Below are positions 26,108 to 38,598 of a stretch of DNA of 64,000 nt, in pieces. The stretch is taken from assembly GCA_977020255.1 (NCBI GenBank), contig CDROCS010001315.1:62001-126000 (forward strand), read 5' to 3'. This DNA comes from Obrimoposthia wandeli (lineage: Eukaryota). The notes under the pieces are model-generated. The model saw only the letters and a list, made by a program, of their open reading frames with translations, ran no database searches and was not told the DNA's origin. Position 1 is the first letter of the stretch. Every line of letters begins with the position of its first letter. Made by a program: the position numbers and the translations under genes.

Positions 26108-26299
26108 TAAATGTTTTAAAAAATATTTTGACTCGTATTTTGTTTTTCTTCTCTAAATTATATAGATCTATTTTTTCTCTTATAAATCTGACCTAAATAT
26201 TTAACAAAAACATGTAGTAATTTATTAATCTTTCTTAAAAATAGTAGTAATATATTCACATATTATTTGAAATTTCGTCAGTGACAAAAAGCCAGGGTA

Positions 26300-26643
26300 A
26301 ATATGGATGCCTGTGGCCTTCTCTAATCACATTGGTATAAAATAATTGGTATCAAAATTGAGTAAAAATATACTTTATGAATTTCTAATTTATCGTAATA
26401 TGACACGAGACATACATGTGTAGTTGTCATAGTGAGAGGTAGATGGATAAAATGAAAGAAAAATACTGTAGTGCCAGAGGGAATTATTTTTTGTAGTTAT
26501 TTTCGTGTCCGAGAATAGAGCCCGCCCCGAAATTTCACTCCAGAAACATGCACGAAATATCACTCCACACACATGCATGGTTTTAAAGGACAGTGGTACC
26601 TCCCAGCGGGAGGAATGGATTAGACCGGACACATCCACCTACT
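26300..26643 (-). repeat. Polinton terminal/subterminal sequence of copy 1
   Basis: Ends in GGATTAGACCGGACACATCCACCTACT, the exact reverse complement of 36928-36954. Confidence 0.85.
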
Positions 26644-26930
26644 TAAACTCACAGCTTTAATTGACACAGGTTCAAGCATAACAGTCTTAGATGAATCTTA
26701 CTTAAAAACTCATCAAAAATTACTTCTTCTTAAAGAAAATAGTCAAGTCACTGTAGCAAACTGTCAATCCGTAAAAATAATAGTAAAAATAGAATGACTT
26801 TTTAAAATAGGAAATAAATTCATAAAAATACCTATAAGAATCATGAAAAATTGTCCTTGCCAAATGATCATAGGTATAGAGACATTAAGAATATTAGGAA
26901 ATAATTTCCATTTTGATTTCGAGAAAAATC
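26644..26930 (+). pseudogene. Retrotransposon aspartic protease remnant abutting the Polinton terminus
   Basis: KLTALIDTGSSITVLDESY...VTVAN...MIIGIETLRILG fits the D-T-G and ILG-x-D protease pattern. Confidence 0.7.
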
Positions 26931-29900
26931 AAATCAAATACATTTATAGACCTATCGCTAAAAATGAATACGAATTAGAAATAAAAGGAGATATGAACAG
27001 AAGAAATGTTACAACTAGAAACTAACATAATCACGAAAAAGAATATATTATTTGAACCTTATAACTATCAACAAAAAACGCTGAACTACGTTTTACCAAA
27101 TATAATTTGTAATATAAAAAACAACACATTACCAGACAGAATCCTAAATGCAGTAATTAATGAAATTCATCGCAAGAAAGAAGTATGCCTTGGATAAATA
27201 AGTGTTATTGAAAATATTGAATTAATAAAAAACGAAAAAATAGAAGATAAATTTACAATAAATTTTACCGATATCAAATTAAATGATTACGAAAAATCAA
27301 AACTTAAGGCTCTTCAAAATAAAATTTTTATGCTTAATTATCACAAATAAAATCATAAATGCGTTTGTTTGTAATATTTCCAAGAAACAAATTATTAAAC
27401 TATAAAATTTATTAAAAATTAAATAAATTAAATATTTTTTAAACTTTTTTCATTCTTACGTTAAGGTTTGTAATTATTTACCTATCTCTTATATTAATCT
27501 AAAATAAAAATATTCACAAAAATGAAAGTCATAAAAACATTTCCTATATTTATTTCTTTAAATAATGGCCTTGATCCACTGGATGTTGTAGGACCCTTCT
27601 CCTTTATGCCCGTTGCCTAACCTCCAAATCTACCCTTTTGTAACATTATGTCGTGATAGTAGCAATTAGCTGCTGGTTTAGGATCTTCTTTCGCAGGTCT
27701 CCGTGTTTAAAATATTTTTTTAGGCTTTCTCTGGTCTTTGCAATTGGCTCTTTCATTTGTTTCAATTTCATTATATGTAGATAATAAATTGAAAATAATT
27801 TTAAACCACTTTATATAAATTTCGAAACAATTTAGATTAAATTACATTTTATAAAAGGAATTAATTTTAAGAATTAATATATTGACTATTTTTATTTTTA
27901 ATATACAACTCAAGTATACTTTAATAATAAGTATATTTAATGATGAGTTAAAATAACCTAATTACAAGTAATAAGTATATAATTGACAAATTATTATATG
28001 ACAAAAATATATTTAAATAAGACTTTATTATTTCCACTTATAAAACATTTATATAACATTTATAATGATCAATAAAAATTGTTGTAAATTTCAGAAATCT
28101 TTTGAAAATGTATATTTAAAAATTTAGTGTTTTAGTGGTCAACATACATTTGTATTATTGACGATAACTTGAAGACAAAAATACGTTTAATAGTGGCAAA
28201 ATAAATGGCTATTATATCAAAGTAAAATGCAACTTAAATCCGTCAAAAGTAAACAATAATAAATAAAGAATAATGCAACATTAAATAAACATTAAATACG
28301 CAGGACTTGAATAAAAGATAGAAAAACGAATTGTAGCTTCAAATTAAAATGTCGTCAGTTAATTATGGCTGAGATTAAATTTAGAGTGATACGTTGACCG
28401 TCCATATTGCTAAGTTACGTTGCTGTTGTTGTTCTGTATGATTAGAATGTCTACCACTGTCCTTCAGTCTACATTTAGAACAAAATCTGCGACTGAAGCC
28501 GCTCATTGGTCTAATACACCGTAAAATAAAATTATAAAAGCACCAAGATGGAACTTTCACGATTTATAATTGTCAAATTCTTTACAGTTTAAATTTTTAA
28601 TTATCAAACTTGACGATATCTGCAAAACAAAAAGTTTTATTCAATTTCGGCGCTAAATTGTTGTGCAAAGCAAGTAAGTAAATGAGTCTATTTTCGATGA
28701 TCTTGACTTAATTCAATACAGATTAAATATCGGAAATGCATTTTAGTTGTCATGGACAAAATCGTCAGAAAAACATTGTCTCAGTAAAGAGGGCAAGTTG
28801 AATATTCAAATTGAATTATAATTTAGAGAAACCACAGAAAGCTAATAAATGTTTATCGAATTTTACAAATGAAAGGCCTCAAATATTTTGATCTTTTCTA
28901 AAGTTCAGTTTTGTTTGGAGAAATATTTATTATGAAATATTAATGAGTACAAAAAATACAAAAATATTGTTTGTCTACCTATTTGTTTAGTTCTCTGTGT
29001 GAAAAAATTCACTAGCATTAGAATGCATCCAAGATTGAAACTATTATATTTCTTTTACTTATTACACTTAGTCTCATTTATTCAAAACTATCATAACTAA
29101 CAGAAAATCTTCGCTAGTTTCTTTATCAATATTTTTAACATAAAAATAGCTCTATTTGACAACCTAAAGATCTTAAATTGAACTTTACACGATAAAAATA
29201 TTATATGATCATGTTCGAATTTTAAGCAATACTCATAGAATGGTTAAGATACATTCTTAAATATGTAATTTAATTAATAATACTTTTACATAAAATATAT
29301 CTATATTTATTTTTAAAATAGTTTCAATTTACTAACATACGTATACAATCTATATATTAATCTTGAATATTGTTTATCATATTTCTCCATGTATAAGGCT
29401 TTTTATTCAACCAGAACAAATTCTTAGATGGTTTCTTTATTAATATTTTTAATATAAAAAAGCTTCATTTGACATTGAAAAGAGCATAATTGAAGAAGCA
29501 TAAAGATGATAAAATATTTAATAAAATTATGTTTATTTTAAAAGTGATATTGTAACTTTATATTGTTTATTTCAATTTGTAATTAGAAAAATTCTTCAAT
29601 AGTAAAATTCAAATTTTAAATTAAATTTATCAATATTTCTATTGAAATTCTTTCTACTTACAAATATAAGTAGACAATCTATGTAATAAGTACATCTACC
29701 TTTTTTTTCAAAATATTTTCGCATAACTCACGTTTAAGACCTTCATATAAAAATACATTTACTTTAAAATTCAAAATATGAATCAAATACATTTTCGGAA
29801 AATATAAATTTTTATTCTTGTGTTCAATTAAATCACATTATTTATAATAAAAATTGGAAGCGGACCTTGGTAAGCTATTGAAAGAAAACTCATAAATGAT

Positions 29901-30032
29901 TTGAAACTTTTACTTCTGTTTTAAGAATATATGGAAAGGTAGTTGACAGGTATTTAGTCATTTCAACCAACAGTGGCTCCAATTAAGGTTTAAGTGTTAA
30001 AAAATAATACAAATATAGAAAAAAATAGACCA

Positions 30033-30260
30033 TCAATAAATTATTTCGTCCATTACATGAATATTTTCTCCAATTTGAATTTGATCTTCTTGTAAAGTGT
30101 TGTGGTCATTTTCTTGCTCTGCTACCTGTAGATTTTCTTCTTCTTCAGCGGTTTTGATTGAAGTTGGCCAGAATATGCTCTTATGAAATTTGTACAAGTA
30201 CGGCAATGAATCTGATATATTATGAAGCCATCTGATATTGTGCCGATTCTGAGTTGGCAT
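30033..30260 (-). CDS. 75-aa short ORF, unknown three-copy family
   Basis: TCTGTTTCCACACAG|ATG start context. RWLHNISDSLPYLYKFHKSIF aligns with DWFETIWQQLLRLHRFLKSLF of 32871-33038. Confidence 0.5.
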   Translation of the reverse strand: MPTQNRHNIRWLHNISDSLPYLYKFHKSIFWPTSIKTAEEEENLQVAEQENDHNTLQEDQIQIGENIHVMDEIIY

Positions 30261-32870
30261 CTGTGTGGAAACAGAGATCTATGTCAAAGTAGTTCAATCT
30301 AAAATAACTTTATGAGTCATCACGATAACTAATTAAAACTGCTTTGATTGGGATGTATTTATAAAGTTTATTAAATATAGTTTTATTTTGTATTGTTTTA
30401 ATATATTTATATTTATAAAATTGTAATTAAAAAATGATAGCAATTAATAAAAAAAACTTTTTTACTTGAAAAAGAAAATGATAAAATGAAAATGTAAAAC
30501 AGCTCCTTTAGGATTGAAGTTAGCTGTTGAATATGAAGTTGATACATCAACTGTTTTTGATATTAAAAAATTCAGAAAATATTAAAAATTACTCTAATTA
30601 TTTTTTATGTAAGATGAAAGATAAGAAAGAAAAGTTCTTAACATCCCTAAAAAGAATAAAGAAAATAAAAAAGAAGTTAGTGAAGAGTTGTATATGTGTT
30701 CTTTTAAAAACATTTTTCTGGACAGGTTGTTTAATCTGTTAGAAATCGATTAGGTTTCATGATAAAATAAATGAAGATTCTTTATTTGAAGCAATTGGTG
30801 TGAGATTAAAAAGTTCATATCACGACATGATATTCGAGAATTTTTAATTCTTGTGAGAACTTTCCGATGATACAAAAGCTGGGAATGATTTTATATCTAA
30901 ATGTAGTCCAACCTTTCAATAGAAAATTCTACATTTAAGTATTTCTTAGCTTAGTTCGATTACTTTAATAGTAACTTTTATTTCGTGGCCTTCACAGACA
31001 ATCTTTTCACCACAAAAGTAGTTTACATCTTTTATCTTTTCTATCTCAGAATCAATTTTGCATAATAAACTAAAACGTTTTATGCCAAAATAATAACTTT
31101 GTGCATTTTGTCATGTAACTTTAATTTTAATTTTTTAACATAATTAAATCCTTTATATTAATTTAATTGATGAAAGAAAATAATCAAAATTTCTCAAAAC
31201 CAAAAATTTCAATTAATTATGAATAACTAAATATATCCCACATTTTATAACTGAAACATTTGGTATATTATTGTTAATTATTTTAAATATCGCCATTTTA
31301 GATCAATACAAAAACGGAGAAATACTGAAATTTTTTCTAAGATTGCTTTTCAATGTTCTGCATAACGAAAGACTTTCATAAGATCATTTCACAGATGCTG
31401 CGTCAGATGGGAGAAGTTTGTTATTCTTCTAATTCTGGACTTAATCTATTTCCAGACTTTCTAAATAGTTCCTCTGATGCCTGTGAGATCGTCTTTCAGT
31501 TATTCTAGAAAAAGTAAGATGATGGGTACTCAGTTTCTTATTGCAAAAAATGTTATAAATATTTTTACGGTCCTTAAATCTGGTTAGTGGATTTAATATT
31601 TATTTTATTGTATATGATTTAAAGAAATACTATGAAATTAATAAAGTCTGCAGCCCAGATCCACAAAGGTCACAGCTTGATAATAAATACCTATGAAAAT
31701 AGTGAAATACATTAACTCTTTTCCTAGCACTCGATTTCATTTACATGGCGATTTACAGTTATATGCCACAGCAAAAATGGTGTCTTCCTAAAATTTAGAA
31801 ACTTAGAAAACATAATTTTTTGTGAAATGTTATTGATTATTTAAAAAACAAAATTGTCAAAACTTTCAAGTAAAAAGAATACATAAAATCAGAATAAAAA
31901 TTAAAAAAACATCACCATGTTTATGAATGCTATTTTCATTTCTAGGCTTCACTTTAAAATTCAGTATTGTAAAATCTTCCATATTTTTATCTAAACGGAT
32001 TACAAGTTATAATGAACAAAACAAAATATAATTTATAATGAATTATTTACATAATATCTATAAAAAATATAATGGAAGACTTAAACATTTGATTGGCATT
32101 GGCTACCTGCAAATTCTCAAATGGCTCATAAAATGGATTTTTTCAATTCAATTTAGTTTTAAAGTCAACTTCATAATTGTAGTCTTTGAAATAAATTGTG
32201 AAGAAATGAAAATTATTAAAAAAATCATATAAAAATTGGAAATATGCAACTATTACTTTTCCTGCCCATAGAAGTTAATTGTTTGAACTAATTAAAAGCA
32301 TGTAAAATAAAAAATGATACGTCATTATTTATTCTGTCAAATGTTTAAGACTTTCAACTGTCTCATGGCCTAAATATGATATTCAATACATTGATTTTCT
32401 ATAGGAAAGTCATTATGCTCGTGAAAGAAAGTTTCAAAGATAAAGAGCTATTCAAAAATTGTTAAATTAGCAGTACATAATGGGAACTCCTTTGCTCAGT
32501 AAAATATCAATCTCAGGTGACACTACGCATTTTTAAAATTTAAAATTATTTTTCTAACTATAAATTTACATGAAATCTGAATCCATTAAAGTAATTTTTT
32601 CTAGAAACTTTTCATTTTTAGATGTTGGTTCCATTAGTTGATCAAAATACTTTCTGAAATAGTTCTTTATTAACTTCCTCTATTAGATTAGAAAATGTCA
32701 ATGGAACATTCAACAGACTTAGAAGAGCTCCGTATTTGAAATATTTGGAAATTTGATATTGATCTTTGGTATAATAAATTTGTCGTTGTGGTGGGATCAT
32801 TTCCTTTGCTGTACATTTAGATTCACATTCGTGGATGAAATTATCTTTAGAATGAATCAAGAACTCAAAG

Positions 32871-33038
32871 TCATACCGATAATTGTTGAGCACCGCCACT
32901 GACGCATGGTCCACTTCCTTCCTCGGGTACGGCTACTTGCGTCTCTTTACAACAAAAGAGGCTCTTCAGAAATCTGTGCAGACGCAGAAGTTGTTGCCAA
33001 ATAGTCTCGAACCAATCTTGATTGCAGGGATTGTTCAT
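32871..33038 (-). CDS. 55-aa short ORF (not in the ORF track), unknown three-copy family
   Basis: TCTGTTTACCAACAG|ATG followed by MNNPCNQDWFETIWQQLLRLHRFLKSLFCCKETQVAVPEEGSGPCVSGGAQQLSV*. Confidence 0.5.
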   Translation of the reverse strand: MNNPCNQDWFETIWQQLLRLHRFLKSLFCCKETQVAVPEEGSGPCVSGGAQQLSV

Positions 33039-36000
33039 CTGTTGGTAAACAGAAAAACTAAATAAATTCAGAATATGGAGCTAAAATGGCACAAAATTGT
33101 TAATAAATGTGGCAAGAAGAAATAATATCGCGACATCTCATAAATATTTGGTTCTTCGCAATAAATTTGCCCTCTACAATTGAGATATTTAGCTTAATAA
33201 ATAAATATTGTGTTCCGTTTTAAAAATATATTTTATTCACAATTTCACAAATTTACTGTTCATGTGGGACCATTATTAATTTAATCAAATACACAGCAAA
33301 TTGTTTATATACAGATTATTAACACTGACATTATTATCCAACTTTGATACCTCTTTTGATTGTTCTTAACATGTTAATATAGAGTCCTGATAATGTATTT
33401 AGAGATATTGATTAATTCTGTATCTTCCATATGTTTAATTTATATAATTTTAAAGTTTGATATATTAACACAGACTATTTAAACTAGCAATATATTAATT
33501 TGTTAAGTAGTCATTATATTCATTGCAGCATAGATATTTTACGTTTTATTATTGTGCATTGAAATAAAACAGGAATTTTAATATTTTAGATTGTTTTATA
33601 GCAATTTAGTGTTTTACAAAAGCCTAGACTGGAATTAAATGGGAACTGAAAAGAAGCTTTCTATTACAAGAAATGATAAATTTATATGCTGAAGAAAATA
33701 TGTTTTCTACGCCATTTGTATTAAGCTTATCAATTCATAACTTATGATAATACATAAAAGTAACTGGAATATTGAATGGCAAATGTATTTATACGATATT
33801 TGAGAAGACTCAAAAGATAATTTACACAGCTGTATGAAACTAAAACGAGATTGACAACAAAACGTTTTATGATGGTACATTGAGCAATGGAGCGACTGGG
33901 ATCTTTTTGAAACACAACAACTCTCGCATTTAACTGAAGACTAAAGGTAAAAATTAATGAAATAATCTGAAGTTTATTTTTCATAAGGTTTCCAGTAACG
34001 ATGAGTTTATGTAAAAGAAAAAAAACGGCAAAATTAACCTACGATATTGCAATATTGATTTTTCAGCAATTAGATCAAATTTAAAATTTGAATAGGACAG
34101 TAGTACCTGCATGTGTTTACTATGAATAAAGTGTACTTATCTTATCTTATCCACATTAAAGTGCTTTGTGTGCGTATATGTAGTTGTGTATAATATAATC
34201 TAGTCATGTAATGTTGATAAAAATGATTTTAACATTATTTTTAAAACAATCCTTAAAACTCTTTTTATTTTGATAAAAAAAATTCAGCTTTCATAAAGGT
34301 GTATATGTAAATTAAAAAATATATTATATTATATGCCATTTTGATGAGAGATTTAGATACAAATAAAAGAAAGGCACATCGGTGAAATTCAGATTCAAGA
34401 GTTAGTACATTAAAGTTTTTGCTTTACCAAGTATTTTATCACACATCGTCAATTATGTTGACTAAAAAACCCATTAAGCATTCGTATTAAATTATGTGCC
34501 TTCAATGAAGGAATGCGCACATCGTTCTAATTGAATTTTACTTGACAATATCGGTATTAAAAACCGTACTTGTCACCATTTGGGAGTTTTGAAGAAAATA
34601 AATGGTGATCCATGGCTCAGGTTGCAATAATTATTACAAGAATGATTTTTGAAACTACCCATTTATACTAAGCAGGTGAAAATGGGTGGAGGGTGATGTG
34701 CTATTTATAATGATAGAAAATTTAATTTGAAAGCACAAAAAGTTATAAAAATCAATAAAATGTTTCTAAAACAGATGTAAAACCAAAATTAAATATACAA
34801 TATAACATATTCTTTATTTAGAAATTATTCCATGGATATCTGTGTGTTTTAAATATATTTATAATACTGTTATCATTTCTATTACGTTCATTTAGTTTTA
34901 ATTTTAAGTTTAATTTATATTTAATTTTATATCTTAACAAAAACCTTAAAGGATGAACTAAAGCTCAAAATTGTATTTTCATACATCTCAGAAATTTATA
35001 TCCTTCTGCTTAAAGATTTCCAAAGATTAACTTGAAGAAATATTCAAATTTTTAATAAAATATACAAGATATATACTACTGAATAATGTTTAACTTTACT
35101 TTTGAGACATATTTTATAACAAACAAAATTGAATTAGCCAAAGTTATTTAAATAATCATTAACTAATTAAGAATATTTGTTTGTATTTAAAAATATTTAT
35201 TTTTACAAATTTTCCATTTTTATATATCGATGTTTTCTTTACTTGTCTATGCATTTATCAAATTAAGAAAATCAACTACAATAATAAATGTTTCAAAGCT
35301 GCTTACCAATTTATTTAATTTGTTACAAAACACTTAATAGTTCAATGACAACAAAAAGTTATAAATTAAAAATGATTTAAAAAAAAACTTTTAAAAACAG
35401 AAATTAAAACATTAAAACAAAATAACTATTTTATTATTTAAAGAATCATAATTCGTTTATTTTTTTTACATATGACAATCAAAAATTATTCATCTAAAAC
35501 AGAAAATGAAAATCTGATTATTTAGTCATGTATTAATTAATTATAATTTTAGTGTCTGTCTGAAACATTTTTCACTATTAAATGTATATTCTCAGCATAT
35601 GAGTTGGGGTTGTGGGAAATAAGTCATTGAGAAAGTTAAGTAAATCGATAATTTGCATCTTCAGTATATGACGTTAAAATTTATAAATATGTATTTGGGA
35701 TACATCTACAGACAATTTAAATGCATATCTTTATAAAATCAATTGTTTGCAATTTTTAAAAAAATGTTAATTAATTTTGTTTTATGTTAAAAATATTTTA
35801 TTTAATATAAAATTATAAATAACAATAAAACTCGCATATGTAATCTGAATGATACATTATTATAATATTATATTATTATACAATATTGAAATTTATGTCA
35901 TGATAATTTAACATTACTGTTGAATCCCAAATCGAAAATGCAAAAACTTTCGAAGTGTTTTCTGTAAAGTTTGTAAAGAATTTATAATTACATCAAAAAG

Positions 36001-36424
36001 ATGAATTAATATCTCTGGAGTATGAAAAGTTTCTAAAGTACATAATCGTTATATGATTTCAGACAATCTAATATTTTTTGCAAAATAAATTTCTAATTTT
36101 CTTACATTATTAGGGAACTTTCAAGAGACATTTTTCCCCCTTAGATATTTTTTCTGAATTCTAAGAATTTACGAAGCTGCTTAAGAAAGAAATGTGCTAA
36201 TTAACAATACTTACATTGACATCATCAGTATCAAGTAGATTCGACAAGTCGAGGAAAAGATTTAAAATTATGATTATGTGCAAAAAAAAATCTTATTGTT
36301 TAATGTTTTATAATTAAACGCAGCTTTCCTTGGAATAAATAGTCAAATTGTTTGTTGAATTCATCTTAAATACAAAGATTATATAATTACTGTTTAGTAT
36401 AAGGCCGGGGAGCATTAATTTGCA

Positions 36425-36920
36425 GAATTACAATTATATTTCTCAGCCACATAATGCCCATTCACCGTTGTTTGGTAAGAATTGAAAAATATTACATGAC
36501 CACTTAGAGAGTCTGGAAACAGATAAAATTAGAATTAGAAGTAAAATAATATTCACCCATCATTCGTAGGAGCATGTTTTATTCTTCATACCGGAAAATT
36601 TTGAGATATATTCATCATTTATGATCCGCAAATATTATCAGAAATTTAAATAAGCACACAGCTGAGAAGCTCTGTCGCAGTTTCAATCGGTCACAGCCTC
36701 AGCAAATATGCGACATTTGATACGACCTAAATCATTCAAAGATATATTGGGTCAGATATTGTAATTATGCAAGGTGTTTCTGCGTACTTTACTGTTGTGA
36801 ATAATAAAATATTTATCTATTTTTGTCTAAAATAACTCATTGAAAGTAACACATCAACCCATCTTTGTATAGAAACAGTCTCTAACCATCCTTTTTAACA
36901 TGATTATGCAAGCGATATAG
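36425..36920 (+). repeat. Low-copy repeat; direct copy at 49190-49730, partial copies at 31370-31500 (inverted) and 58230-58290
   Basis: Shared TTTCTCAGCCACATAATG...TAGAGAGTCTGGAAAC...GCTGAGAAGCTCTGTCGCAGTTTCAATCGG...CAGTCTCTAACCAT. Confidence 0.85.
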
Positions 36921-36927
36921 CGACTAC

Positions 36928-37200
36928 AGTAGGTGGATGTGTCCGGTCTAATCCACACCCCCCTCTTGTCCTTTAAAACCGTGCATGTGTGTGGAGTGAA
37001 ATTTCGTGTAGGTGTGTGGAGTGAAATTTCGTGTATGTGTGTCTCCATCCCGCCCAAAGGGGGAAGGAAGGGGAGGGGTACCCACCCCCCACCATATTTG
37101 TTAAACTTTTACCATGAATCTCAAAAGTGGTTAGAGAAGACCACGAGAATCCATATTGACCCCGGCGGCTTTTCGCAGACCAGATTTCAAATATTACTAC
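36928..37200 (+). repeat. Left terminal repeat region with a 25-bp tandem unit and G-rich tract
   Basis: GTGTGTGGAGTGAAATTTCGTGTA occurs at 36987 and 37012. A GGGGGAAGGAAGGGGAGGGG tract lies at 37059-37078. Confidence 0.8.
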
Positions 37201-37336
37201 TATTTAGATTAATAAATTACTACATGTTAAATATCTATGTCAGTTTTAAAATTTAGAGTAGAAAAATCGGTCAGATCTATATAATTTAGAGGAGAAAAAA
37301 CAAAATACGATACAAAATTATTTTTCAAAATATTTA

Positions 37337-37740
37337 TTAAACATAAAACAACATATTGGCTTCACTCAAAGTCCAGAGAGGCTGCATTTTCCCGTCATCA
37401 GCAAAATATCCATTCAGACGTATTGAGATATTCCATAGTTCTTCATCTAGAATTGGAGCAATCAAATATCCTAGATCATCTTTAAAATCCAGACTGGGAT
37501 CAGTTTCAAGCTCGAAACAATTTCCTTCATATACATAATCAGGAATGTAAAATCCCAAATATTTTTCAGTTGATCAAAATCAGTTGTTGTTAAAATTTCG
37601 ATGAGATATTTTTTCTCCACTTTTGATATTTTCACAGGATTCATAATTCGTATAATTTGATGCCTCTTTAATATATTACATAGTTTTCCTTTTGAAATTC
37701 TTTCTGGATAATAAAAATTTGCTACACATCTCTTATCCAT
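37337..37740 (-). pseudogene. Gene A, ~134 aa, putative OB-fold ssDNA-binding protein; 1-nt deletion near 37560
   Basis: MDKRCVANFYYPER...LKNI(L)GFYIPDY...WNISIRLNGYFADDGKMQPLWTLSEA. The frame is restored by comparison with copy 1. Confidence 0.6.
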
Positions 37741-37822
37741 TCTAAAATAAGGAAACTGATTAAAAACAATGTTTATAAAAAATACACATAAGATACAAAT
37801 AAGATACAAATAAAACTGATTA

Positions 37823-38350
37823 TTAAATGAAAGAAACATAGTAAAACCGATTACAATTTATTACACACAAAAGATAAAACATAGAAATATGAGCACGTTC
37901 AATTTTCCACATAAGCAACTTAGTTCCCATTTCATCTTTCTTGTAACCATAAAGTCGAATTGTTACAGTCCATTGCTTCTTTTTTGGAAACGCATCAATA
38001 TCAACATATCTTCCATAGTCATCTAGAAATGCTTCATCGGCTCCTCGGATATAAAATTCGTTCTTATTGAAAGTAAAATTTGGAACTGCCTTTTCTATTT
38101 TCTGTTTAAGATATTGAAAATCAGGTTTTTGAATACCTGATAGATAGTAGCTGAACTTTCTTCTTTCAATTGTCACGGGTATTACTAAAGCAATCAGTTG
38201 AGCCTTCTTCAAGAATCTGACTTTGTATTTGAAATATTGTTTCACTTCTTCATACATATTCTTATCCGATTCTTCAAACATTTCTTCGTCATCGCTTAAT
38301 ACCCGTTGGCTATCATCCATTGTTGATAATTGTCTTTGATATGAATGCAT
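37823..38350 (-). CDS. Gene B, 175 aa intact ORF, putative OB-fold ssDNA-binding protein
   Basis: Open frame conserved with copy 1. C-terminal WTVTIRLYGYKK...LMWKIERA parallels gene A. The function is inferred only. Confidence 0.7.
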   Translation of the reverse strand: MHSYQRQLSTMDDSQRVLSDDEEMFEESDKNMYEEVKQYFKYKVRFLKKAQLIALVIPVTIERRKFSYYLSGIQKPDFQYLKQKIEKAVPNFTFNKNEFYIRGADEAFLDDYGRYVDIDAFPKKKQWTVTIRLYGYKKDEMGTKLLMWKIERAHISMFYLLCVINCNRFYYVSFI

Positions 38351-38598
38351 TTACTGTGATTTGTCCTCCAACGGCGCATTCTTTTATACTAATTTCTAAC
38401 AAAGACATGAATCTCATTGGTTAATATAACTAAAGCATGAATTTGATTGGACTAAATCTATATTAAAAATCAAAATTGATTGGAAGAAATATATCATCCA
38501 ATTATAATAGGTTTGCAAGATAATTACAAGAAACGTGCAATAAAAAAGCAGGTTCAGACATATATAAAGAAGATTTTACAGAATACAATTTCAGTCTA

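Larger units (their letters stand above)
15794..26643 (-). mobile_element. Rearranged, chimeric Polinton copy 1
   Basis: Terminus at 26643 (reverse complement AGTAGGTGGATGTGTCCGGTCTAATCC). It is followed by genes A and B, the TBP-like gene, an accessory spliced gene, a foreign capsid, integrase, minor capsid, a duplicated integrase tail and a 34-bp pPolB piece. Confidence 0.85.

Noticed and set aside
27560-27760. Minus-strand NCYYHD motif suggesting another gag knuckle
   Set aside because: The spacing to the later Cys residues is not preserved. It is too short to support.
26644-36927. Spacer as the interior of a single element bounded by the two inverted termini
   Set aside because: The AGTAG ends face the spacer and the element genes lie outside it. 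There is no shared TSD. These are two left ends, not a TIR pair.
36987-37036. CRISPR-like repeat
   Set aside because: Only two adjacent 25-bp units with no spacer, in a eukaryotic context, with no cas genes.
37059-37078. G-quadruplex
   Set aside because: Only three runs of at least 3 G plus one GG, and it is not conserved in copy 1. Kept only as a G-rich tract.
36854-37256. ORFs crossing the Polinton terminus (also 26390-26638 and 3498-3707)
   Set aside because: They span element boundaries and non-coding terminal repeats, and their starts and stops are not conserved between copies.
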